DNA of 64,000 nt, taken from contig JAYUOS010000037.1 in assembly GCA_043760725.1 (NCBI GenBank), positions 33,551-97,550 on the forward strand, given 5' to 3'. A model generated the notes under the pieces. That model was given only the letters and a program-made list of their open reading frames with translations. It was not told the origin of the DNA and ran no database searches. Source of the DNA: Sphingomonadales bacterium. GTDB lineage: Bacteria; Pseudomonadota; Alphaproteobacteria; Sphingomonadales; Sphingomonadaceae. Positions 57,177 to 64,000 of this stretch are shown here, one piece after another (the first letter of the stretch is position 1; each line of letters opens with the position of its first letter). A program made the position numbers and the translations under genes.

Positions 57177-57983
57177 ATGCTGTACACCCGCTTTTACGAT
57201 CAGGTGCTGACCGAAATCGCCGCTGGCAAAGTAAGCGACGGCATCAACCTGCTGGTCGGCATGCTTGATACTGTCAATATCGGGCCGGGCTCGCTGGCTC
57301 AGGCAAAACGGGAGCTGCACGGACACAGCCTAGCCAGAATGCTGCTGGAAGATCCGTCGCTGGCCGATGCCGAGGCGAGACCCAATGCGATAATGGCTCG
57401 CATAGCAAGCATCGGTCGCACCACGAAAGGCGCCGATATCAGTTCCACCGGCCGCCGACTGTTTGAGGTTACCAGCGAGCTAACCGTTGCACGTGCGTTG
57501 CGGCAGCGGCGCCAAAGCTATGAACTGAAATTCGCCCGCGCCTCGCAGCTCGGCCAAAAAATATGTGTGTGCGTCAGCGGAGGGCACAAGGCCGCCGACC
57601 AGCTGAACAATGCCGATTTTTCAAAAGCGACCGTTATCGATACCGACGACCACAGGTGGACGGCGGCAAAGTCTAACCCGCGCTTTGATCTCATTCTTGC
57701 ACCCGATTTGTTCGACAGAAACAAGCCGTCTGCTCTTCCCCACATCCTGAAATCGATGGCGACCTGTTTGGGCAAAAGCGGCAGCATCATCATCGCCGCC
57801 CTTTCGCCAAATCATTTGGGTTCGGGCTGGCGCAGCGCCTGTCTGAACTGGGATCCACATTGCCATGACGAGGCGGCTTTAGCCTCCCTTGCAGCAGCCG
57901 CCGGGCTGACGGCGCGGACCTATCGGGATGAAACAGATTGCGTCGTTTGGGGTGAATTGGGGGCAAATACTCATGGAAACTAA
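57177..57983 (+). CDS. hypothetical protein, class I methyltransferase-like C-terminal half (degenerate motif I)
   Basis: The ATG at 57177 lies 6 nt after AAGGGA; the listed ORF starts at a TTG at 57129. FDLILAPDLF...LKSMATCLGKSGSIIIAA resembles post-motif-I regions of SAM methyltransferases, but the glycine-rich motif I is poor (ICVCVSGGH). Its end overlaps the sigma gene by 11 nt. Confidence 0.5.
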   Translation: MLYTRFYDQVLTEIAAGKVSDGINLLVGMLDTVNIGPGSLAQAKRELHGHSLARMLLEDPSLADAEARPNAIMARIASIGRTTKGADISSTGRRLFEVTSELTVARALRQRRQSYELKFARASQLGQKICVCVSGGHKAADQLNNADFSKATVIDTDDHRWTAAKSNPRFDLILAPDLFDRNKPSALPHILKSMATCLGKSGSIIIAALSPNHLGSGWRSACLNWDPHCHDEAALASLAAAAGLTARTYRDETDCVVWGELGANTHGN

Positions 57984-58527
57984 AGCAAAGCTAGCGGCAA
58001 TAGCGGGCGGCGACCGGACGGTTTTCGCCGCCTTGTTTAAAGAATATCTGCCGCGCTTTGTGCCCTATGCAACCGGGCTTTTGGCGGGCGATAAAGACGC
58101 CGCAGAAGACGTCGTCCACGACGCTTTTATGGCAATATGGCAGCAAGCCGGGCGCTTTAGCGGAACCGGCAGCGCCGAGGGATGGATGCGGCGGATTGTT
58201 CGCAACAAGGCAGTCGACTGGTGCCGCAAGCAGCGCGAAATACCTATGACAGTTGAGTTGCAGACCGAACATTCGGAGAAAGCCGGCGGCTCGAACCCGT
58301 TTGAAGCGGCAGTGCAATCAAATGCAGCACAGCAATTGCGCGGCGCGCTTTCGATATTGAGCGTAGAGCAGCGCGAAGCAGTGTGGCTGTGCTATTTTGA
58401 AGAGTGCTCGTTGAGCGAGATTGCCCAATTTGCGCAGTGCCCCGAGAATACTGTCAAAACTCGATTGTTTCACGCCCGCAAAATTCTGCGGAATTCGCAT
58501 ATTCTAAAAGCGTCCGCTGTCGCATAG
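57973..58527 (+). CDS. ECF-type RNA polymerase sigma-70 factor
   Basis: 184 aa from the ATG at 57973. Region 2 is DAAEDVVHDAFMAIWQQAGRF ... WMRRIVRNKAVDWCRK. Region 4 is LSEIAQFAQCPENTVKTRLFHARKIL. Confidence 0.85.
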   Translation: METKAKLAAIAGGDRTVFAALFKEYLPRFVPYATGLLAGDKDAAEDVVHDAFMAIWQQAGRFSGTGSAEGWMRRIVRNKAVDWCRKQREIPMTVELQTEHSEKAGGSNPFEAAVQSNAAQQLRGALSILSVEQREAVWLCYFEECSLSEIAQFAQCPENTVKTRLFHARKILRNSHILKASAVA

Positions 58528-58748
58528 GCAGGCCCCGGTTTTGACGCTCAAAAGCGTTCGGCGGGCCCACCTATTACTCTCACCTTGCGCGCGCCTTTTA
58601 CCAGTTGTGATATTGTTCGCATGACATTGATGATTTTAGCCCGGATATTGATGTCCGGAGCAAAATTTTCCGATCGTAATAATCTTTTCAGTCTAGGAGA
58701 TTGGCCTGTACCGCCTAAGTGTTTATATCCATTTGCTGGAGCAAAAAG

Positions 58749-60065
58749 ATGAAACTGGAAAATGATCCGCTAGCGGCATTCTGGATGCCATTCACTGCAA
58801 ACCGCGCGTTCAAGACGACGCCGCGTCAGCTCGTGTCGGCCAAGGACATGCATTACACCAGCGACGACGGCCGACAAATTCTGGATGGCACCGCCGGATT
58901 ATGGGCGGTAAACGCTGGCCATTGCCGTGCGCCGATTATCGCAGCGATCCAGAAGACTGCCGCTGAACTTGATTATGCTCCGCCGTTTCAGCTGGGCCAT
59001 CCACTGGCGTTCGAACTGGCCTCGCGCATTGCTGCAATTATGCCAGAGGGGCTGGACCGGATTTTCTTCACCAACTCGGGTTCGGAATCGGTCGATACCG
59101 CGCTGAAAATTGCCTTGGCTTATCAACGCGCCATCGGCCAAGGAACGCGTACCCGGCTGATCGGGCGCGAGCGCGGCTATAGCGGCGTCGGCTTTGGCGG
59201 GATTTCTGTCGGCGGTATCGTCAACAACCGTCGTCAGTTCGGGACGCTGCTGGCAGGCGTCGATCATCTGCCGCATACCCACAATATGGAGCATAATGCT
59301 TTCACAAAGGGGCGTCCTGAATGGGGTGGGCATCTGGCCGACAATCTGGAGGCGATCGTTGCGTTGCACGGGGCAGAGACTATTGCGGCGGTGATCGTCG
59401 AGCCGATGGCGGGTTCGACCGGCGTGCTGGTGCCGCCTATCGGCTATCTGGAAAAGCTGCGCGAGATCACGAAGAAACACGGCATCATTTTGATCTTTGA
59501 CGAGGTTATCACAGCCTTTGGCCGCGTTGGCGGAGCGACCGCATCGGGCACACTTGGCGTGACGCCCGACATCATTACGATGGCCAAAGGCCTGACCAAC
59601 GCCGCGGTCCCAATGGGCGCAGTCGCGGTCAGCCGCCATATCCATAACGGCGTGGTCGAAGGCGGGCCGGACGGGATCGAGCTGTTCCACGGCTACACCT
59701 ATTCGGGCCACCCGCTTGCCGCCGCCGCAGGATTGGCGACGCTTGATCTGTATAAGTCAGAGGGCATTTTCGAACACGCGACTTCGCTCCATAGTTACTG
59801 GCAAGAGGCAGTGCACAGCCTGAAGGGCAAGCGCCACGTCATCGATATCCGCAACATGGGCATCGTCGCCGCCATCGAACTTGCCGCGCACAAAGACGGC
59901 ATCGGCAAGCGCGGAATGGCGTTGTTCCACAAATGCTTCGACAACGGGCTGCTCGTGCGCGCCACTGGCGACATCATTGCGTTGTCCCCACCGCTGATAC
60001 TGGAGAAACCGCATATTGATGAGATTATCGGGCGGATTGGCGAGTTGGTGGAAACGGTGGAGTAA
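58749..60065 (+). CDS. class III (omega) aminotransferase, beta-alanine/pyruvate transaminase-like
   Basis: The ATG at 58749 follows GGAG. The motifs are FTNSGSESVDTALK and IFDEVITAFGRVG, and the PLP-lysine context is DIITMAKGLTN. Confidence 0.9.
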   Translation: MKLENDPLAAFWMPFTANRAFKTTPRQLVSAKDMHYTSDDGRQILDGTAGLWAVNAGHCRAPIIAAIQKTAAELDYAPPFQLGHPLAFELASRIAAIMPEGLDRIFFTNSGSESVDTALKIALAYQRAIGQGTRTRLIGRERGYSGVGFGGISVGGIVNNRRQFGTLLAGVDHLPHTHNMEHNAFTKGRPEWGGHLADNLEAIVALHGAETIAAVIVEPMAGSTGVLVPPIGYLEKLREITKKHGIILIFDEVITAFGRVGGATASGTLGVTPDIITMAKGLTNAAVPMGAVAVSRHIHNGVVEGGPDGIELFHGYTYSGHPLAAAAGLATLDLYKSEGIFEHATSLHSYWQEAVHSLKGKRHVIDIRNMGIVAAIELAAHKDGIGKRGMALFHKCFDNGLLVRATGDIIALSPPLILEKPHIDEIIGRIGELVETVE

Positions 60066-60088
60066 CATTGGAATGCCATTGTAAACGC

Positions 60089-60202
60089 TTAATTTTCGGT
60101 CGTGTGGCTTCGCTTGCTTCCTACACACATTCTGCCGTCCGCTCGCCGATCTGACTTTTGACACTTTTGACACGAAAACGGCTTTTTGGCGATTCTGTTC
60201 AT
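60089..60202 (-). CDS. possible 37-aa basic peptide downstream of SOS-box promoter (speculative)
   Basis: The ATG at 60202 lies 2-7 nt after AGGAAA. The peptide is MNRIAKKPFSCQKCQKSDRRADGRMCVGSKRSHTTEN and contains the 9-nt tandem repeat tgtcaaaag x2. It has no family, and it may instead be a non-coding transcript. Confidence 0.2.
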   Translation of the reverse strand: MNRIAKKPFSCQKCQKSDRRADGRMCVGSKRSHTTEN

Positions 60203-60242
60203 GTTTCCTATTCGGCTTTGGTTTAGCGATTCCACTTGCCCA

Positions 60243-60271
60243 ATAAGAACATAAATAGAACATAATGTCAA
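60243..60271 (-). promoter_or_regulatory. sigma-70-like promoter TTGACA-17-TCTTAT reading leftward
   Basis: The minus strand reads TTGACAttatgttctatttatgtTCTTAT. The -35 is perfect, the spacer is 17 nt and the -10 matches 4 of 6. It lies in an AT-rich orphan region. Confidence 0.4.
60247..60261 (-). promoter_or_regulatory. putative LexA (SOS) box GTTC-N7-GTTC overlapping the promoter spacer and -10
   Basis: The plus strand reads GAACataaataGAAC. It is part of an 11-bp tandem repeat AGAACATAAAT / AGAACATAATG. Its orientation relative to the downstream DNA is the same as for the box upstream of ruvA. Confidence 0.45.
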
Positions 60272-60655
60272 GAATTACTTCTCTTTCACCGCTCCGGTGA
60301 TGTCCGTTGGCGACAAGTTTGCTGCCGTTCGGCTGCTGCTGGAGGGCGCTCGATAGCTGCCTTACGTTCAGCGTACGTGGAATAGCTGCTTTCAGCAGTG
60401 TAGCTTGGTATCTCTCACAATTGCGCCTGAGTCGCTCGAGCTTATATTCAAGTATCGGACATTGTCGCTGGAAAAGGCAGGGGCCGGCCAATTTCTTGCT
60501 CATCTAAATCAAGCGAATCCGTGCGAAAAGGAGAAACTCTGTGCCATTTGATGATGTCATAGCATGGGCGGTTTCAAATTTGAAAACGTATCGTTAACTT
60601 TTGCGCAGCTATGATCTGTGGTATCCTTCAGCCCGTTCTGAAAGTGAGGCCTGCC

Positions 60656-61015
60656 ATGTCTTCCAAAACCAAGATAATCGCCTTTTCCGTTGCTGCACTT
60701 CTCGCGGTCGGCGGGGGCATATATGCCTTTATGCCAAGTGAACCGGAAATTGCTTCTGGCCCGGGGCAATTGATTGGCTCTGGCCAGACCGGCGTAAAGC
60801 CGGAAGTGACGGATTCACCAATCTCCGCAAGCGGACAGAGCACTGAAAAGGCTGGCAGTCAGGGAACCGCACCAGCCGCCGCACCGCAACCGGCTGCGCA
60901 GGCTCAGCCTGCCGTTCAAGCGCCAAAAAAGCTGACCAAACAACAGCTGATGCCGCCGCCTGCGACCGAAGATGAAAAGCTGCAAAAAGCCGCCGAGCAG
61001 GAAAGCAACTTTTGA
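60656..61015 (+). CDS. hypothetical membrane-anchored Pro/Ala/Gln-rich protein
   Basis: The ATG at 60656 follows GTGAGG. The N-terminal TM helix is IIAFSVAALLAVGGGIYAF, followed by a low-complexity PAAAPQPAAQAQPAVQAP tract. It is convergent with virB11, with an 8-nt gap. Confidence 0.5.
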   Translation: MSSKTKIIAFSVAALLAVGGGIYAFMPSEPEIASGPGQLIGSGQTGVKPEVTDSPISASGQSTEKAGSQGTAPAAAPQPAAQAQPAVQAPKKLTKQQLMPPPATEDEKLQKAAEQESNF

Positions 61016-61023
61016 CGCGTCCG

Positions 61024-62010
61024 TTACAGGACCAGTATCTCTTCGAAAAAGCGCCTGCCGGAATCGCGGCGTAGCTGGATCACGACGTCGATCATCGAGC
61101 GGGTATAGCTTAGCGTGTCCTCCCGCGAGAGGCCGAGGCCCGCTTGCAGGCACATCAGCGACAGCTGTTCCAATGCGCCTTGCGCGCTGCTTGCATGAAT
61201 CGAAGCATATGAGCCCGGATGGCCGGTGTTAATCGCGCGGATGAAGGTGATGACTTCCGGCCCGCGCAATTCGCCGACGATCAACCGGTCAGGCCGCATC
61301 CGCAAACTCGCCCGCATAAGATCGTCAGTCGTGACTTTGGCTTCACCCTGATTACCCGCAACAGCGACCAAGCCGATCGAATTGGGATGGGCAAAGCGCA
61401 GCTCGGGCGCATCCTCAATAATGACTAGGCGTTCGCTTTGCGGGATTTCTTTCAACAGTGCATTAAGCAGAGTCGTTTTCCCCGATGATGTCCCACCGGA
61501 AATCAGCACCGTCTTGCGATGGGCAACAACAAAATCGAGCAAGGCAGCCGTGTCGCCACCAGCGACCAGCCCTTTCATATGCTGCTTGTCATCAGCGCGG
61601 CAGGCGACGGGCGCAAGTCCGGTTTGCGCCAAAAACTGCCGAACATCAACATCATTGAGGACATGTTTTCGGAAAGCCACCGCAAAGCCGCTGCGCGTGG
61701 CAGGTGGCGCGATGATCTGCACCCTCACGCCGCCGGGCAAAGTTGCAGACAGCAGCGGTGTTTCACGGTTGATCCCTTGAAAACTGCTGCGCGCAATTTG
61801 GTGCGATAGGCGAGATAGCTGGCTATTGTCCAACTCTGGAACGTCATGACGCTCCATCGCCGAAGCTCCAGCCCTTTCAATCCAGATTTCGCCCGGGCGG
61901 TTGACGAGGATTTCGGTCACATCCTCGGCATCAAGCCAGGGACGCAGCGGCTCCAAATAGCTCTGCAGATAAATGGAACCAAATTCCCGGTTATCGGGCT
62001 CGACACTCAT
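61024..62010 (-). CDS. virB11: type IV secretion ATPase VirB11
   Basis: 328 aa with Walker A GGTSSGKTT, Walker B-like RLVIIEDAPEL and the His-box region TGHPGSYASIHA. It has an ATGA overlap with virB10. Confidence 0.9.
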   Translation of the reverse strand: MSVEPDNREFGSIYLQSYLEPLRPWLDAEDVTEILVNRPGEIWIERAGASAMERHDVPELDNSQLSRLSHQIARSSFQGINRETPLLSATLPGGVRVQIIAPPATRSGFAVAFRKHVLNDVDVRQFLAQTGLAPVACRADDKQHMKGLVAGGDTAALLDFVVAHRKTVLISGGTSSGKTTLLNALLKEIPQSERLVIIEDAPELRFAHPNSIGLVAVAGNQGEAKVTTDDLMRASLRMRPDRLIVGELRGPEVITFIRAINTGHPGSYASIHASSAQGALEQLSLMCLQAGLGLSREDTLSYTRSMIDVVIQLRRDSGRRFFEEILVL

Positions 62011-63131
62011 CGTGCTGATGCCGCGCCTACATCAGAAAAGTCGAGATCGCGGTTCAGGAAAATGCGGATCGCCGTCCCTTGCGCGACTTTGATGGTCGGC
62101 GGAATGTTTGCATCATTTTGCAGACCAGCACCAGCCGCGCTTGCTGCACCACCTGCGCCTCCTGCAATCACCACATTGCCGCTGCCAGCACTGATCGCCC
62201 GGCTGCCTGCATCAATAACCGACAGCAAAAGGGCAGCGCCAAAACGGCGCAAGAAATGACTGTCAACTTGGCCGGTGACACCAGCGCGGCCGAGCGAGTC
62301 TGTGCCAGGTGATGCCAGCGCAATGGTCACGCCATCAGGCCGGATCAATCGTTCCCAGATAATAAACGTCCGTTTTTGGCCGACAGTCAGATTGGACTGA
62401 TATTGTCCGACCAAACGACTACCTTTGGGAATCAAAATCTGGCTGCCATCAAAGCTGGTCACATTGCGGCTGACGACGGCGCGGACATGGCCTGGAAGAT
62501 CCGAATTGATCGCAGTTTCCAGCGTTCCGGCCAGAACCGTGCCTTCAGGAACTGTGAAAGACGCATTGCCAAGCCGTCCCGCACGTGCTGCATCGCGCTG
62601 TTCGCCCGCGATGGTTTGTGAAAGCCCCTGCGCATTAGTCTTTGCCATGTTTGGTGCGTTTGCAGCGCTTGCAGCTGCCGCATTGCGCGACAAGTCGACC
62701 GCAAGGACAGGCGATTGAAGGCGCGCCAGCAGGCGCGGATCGATCGGTTGCACGCTAACAATTCCAGCAGGCATTGCAGGATTTCCCGGCTGCATAGCAT
62801 TCTGAGCCTGGAGGAGCACCGGCGGCTGATCTGGCGGACGCACCGGGATAATATTCTGCCCATTTGCACCGCCGGGTGCGGCTGCGGTGCCGACTGCCGC
62901 TATCTGTCCGTTGGGTACGTATGCAGTATTTCGCTGCGCCGACAGCGAACTGAATGTGATAATTCCCAATAGCGCAATACCGCAAACCCCCGCCGCAAAA
63001 CCCGGCGTAAAGCCACTGGCGACTGTGATTTGCGGAGATGCCCGGCGATTGGCTTCTTCCAGCGCATCATTATCCATCGTCTGACGGGGATCCTGATCGG
63101 TTTTCTGCTCAGTCATAGTTTCGTTTCCCAT
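62007..63131 (-). CDS. virB10: type IV secretion protein VirB10 (TrbI family)
   Basis: 374 aa with an N-terminal TM helix, a Pro-rich region and a C-terminal TrbI-like barrel (GTVLAGTLETAINSDLPG ... IPKGSRLVGQY ... IPPTIKVAQG). Confidence 0.85.
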   Translation of the reverse strand: MGNETMTEQKTDQDPRQTMDNDALEEANRRASPQITVASGFTPGFAAGVCGIALLGIITFSSLSAQRNTAYVPNGQIAAVGTAAAPGGANGQNIIPVRPPDQPPVLLQAQNAMQPGNPAMPAGIVSVQPIDPRLLARLQSPVLAVDLSRNAAAASAANAPNMAKTNAQGLSQTIAGEQRDAARAGRLGNASFTVPEGTVLAGTLETAINSDLPGHVRAVVSRNVTSFDGSQILIPKGSRLVGQYQSNLTVGQKRTFIIWERLIRPDGVTIALASPGTDSLGRAGVTGQVDSHFLRRFGAALLLSVIDAGSRAISAGSGNVVIAGGAGGAASAAGAGLQNDANIPPTIKVAQGTAIRIFLNRDLDFSDVGAASAR

Positions 63132-63958
63132 CAGCCGCCCAATCCCAAAAAGCCGCGTTTCTTGCGTGGGCGCGGTTTTGGCGCATCGGGGCCGGGTTCG
63201 GCCGTGGCAAAGGCTTCGTTGTGCAGCCGGGTGACCAGCTTGCCATGGCGCAGCACGATCTGTGCCGAGACCCGGTCAATCATTACATATTGTCCACGCA
63301 AATTGCTGTTGACCAGATTTTCGTCTTCGGCGCCGCTCACGGCAAAAATGGCGGGCGTTTCCAGATTCTCGGCAAAGCGGATGAAGGTATAGCGGCCATC
63401 ATCAAAAATCTCTTCGGGCACCAGTTCCTTGCTGCCTTCAAACCGGTAGTTGCGGTTCCACATTTCTTGCGGGATTTGCGTGACAAGATTTTCGTCGGGC
63501 AGCGCGCTAATCAAGACAGGCGGGGGAGCAGGCAAACGGAAACGGAGCACATAGGTGATCTCATCGCGGTTCACCTTGGTGCCACTGCGGCTTGACAGCT
63601 CCAGATTATAGCGTCGCTTGTTGGTGATCAGCGCCATGTTGGTCAATGGGACAACGGCCATGGGCTTCAGGAACAGCAAGGTCGCATTGCCGTTCGGCGT
63701 CACCTGCCAGCCGCTGGAATCGCCAATTCCGACCGTTTCAATTTTCTCGTCCGGTTCAAATTCGATGGTCATCTGATAACCGGTATGGCCGGTCACCGAA
63801 TAAATCTGGTCGGGATCATAATCGATCACCCGAATGCGCGGGTCAGCCGGTTTGGCAAATACCTGCGGCGCCATCAAGTCGGTGCTGGACTGAGCGTTTG
63901 CAGCCGGAGCAACAAGGCACAAAGTCAGAAAAAGAAAAATGGTGCGAATCATGACCAT
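63131..63958 (-). CDS. virB9: type IV secretion protein VirB9 (CagX/TrbG family)
   Basis: 275 aa with a signal peptide. The motifs are DPRIRVIDYDPDQIYSV...IGDSSGWQV...LFLKP...TNMALITNKRRYNLEL. Confidence 0.8.
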   Translation of the reverse strand: MVMIRTIFLFLTLCLVAPAANAQSSTDLMAPQVFAKPADPRIRVIDYDPDQIYSVTGHTGYQMTIEFEPDEKIETVGIGDSSGWQVTPNGNATLLFLKPMAVVPLTNMALITNKRRYNLELSSRSGTKVNRDEITYVLRFRLPAPPPVLISALPDENLVTQIPQEMWNRNYRFEGSKELVPEEIFDDGRYTFIRFAENLETPAIFAVSGAEDENLVNSNLRGQYVMIDRVSAQIVLRHGKLVTRLHNEAFATAEPGPDAPKPRPRKKRGFLGLGG

Positions 63959-64000
63959 GACCTTGCTGGACGAAGAGGAGAAGCGAGTGCCGCTATTTTC
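63949..64000 (-). CDS. 3' end of an upstream gene, possibly virB8 (partial)
   Basis: A minus-strand frame is open from the window edge to a TGA at 63951..63949, overlapping the virB9 start (ATGGTCATGA). Only 16 codons are visible, so identity is guessed from the canonical virB8-virB9 order alone. Confidence 0.2.
   Translation of the reverse strand, partial: KIAALASPLRPARSWS

Noticed and set aside
58528-58748. An imperfect GC-rich hairpin after the ECF sigma gene (ggccccggttttgacgctcaaaagcgttcggcgggccc) and ccggatattgatgtccgg, considered as terminator and operator.
   Set aside because: The stems contain mismatches and there is no T-tract. Evidence is insufficient to call either a terminator or a binding site.
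60246-60273. A possible dif/XerCD-type recombination site, because of the CATAA ... TAATGTCAA strings.
   Set aside because: The sequence is a direct 11-bp repeat, not the inverted XerC/XerD arms around a 6-bp spacer. The best alignment to the proteobacterial dif consensus is out of register by 2 nt and has several mismatches in the XerD arm.
59757-60503. A 248-aa minus-strand ORF spanning the AT-rich region and the 3' end of the aminotransferase gene.
   Set aside because: It would overlap about 300 nt of a well-supported gene and would read straight through the promoter/SOS-box sequence. It has no recognisable domain. At best it is a decayed gene remnant.

Overview
This is a 64 kb chromosomal segment with gene content typical of an alphaproteobacterium, most likely Sphingomonadales. 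That placement is inference from a plant-type gshA, a ybgC-tolQRAB-pal cluster, mutY / DUF721 / dsbA / smc synteny, GTTC-N7-GTTC SOS-box-like sites and characteristic palindromic intergenic elements. I support about 58 protein-coding genes. I saw no rRNA, tRNA, CRISPR array, transposase or integrase.

Layout:
- 0-5.6 kb: acyl-CoA catabolic cluster (thiolase, SDR, crotonase, TetR, CoA-transferase).
- 5.7-10.5 kb: tol-pal cluster.
- 10.6-11.3 kb: membrane protein plus XRE regulator, behind two perfect palindromes.
- 11.3-13.6 kb: ruvA and ruvB, separated by two small tightly coupled genes and preceded by an SOS-box-like site.
- 13.7-18.1 kb: PagL-like protein, TonB-dependent receptor and gshA.
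- 18.2-21.2 kb: two paralogous secreted proteins with a shared DUF11-type C-terminal domain.
- 21.2-42.4 kb: housekeeping genes (rsmE, ubiA, smc, dsbA paralogues, mutY, nudC, mgtE, cyclophilin, dcd, cysD-cysNC-cysQ).
- 42.5-58.5 kb: the unusual part (below).
- 58.7-60.1 kb: class III aminotransferase.
- 60.1-60.65 kb: AT-rich orphan DNA with an SOS-box-overlapped promoter.
- 61.0-64.0 kb: virB9-virB10-virB11 type IV secretion genes running off the window.

The 42.5-58.5 kb region is a same-strand array. It encodes a winged-helix/TPR regulator, a 1548-aa cytochrome P450 / TM hairpin / DyP-peroxidase fusion, an anti-sigma-like membrane protein translationally coupled to an S8 protease, a small secreted protein, and an 1823-aa surface protein with seven tandem 4-Cys modules. 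It lies divergent to a methyltransferase-like gene coupled to an ECF sigma factor.

All functional calls rest on motifs I read in the translated ORFs. No database search, HMM scan or composition calculation could be run. Start codons were adjusted where an RBS or signal peptide argued for it.
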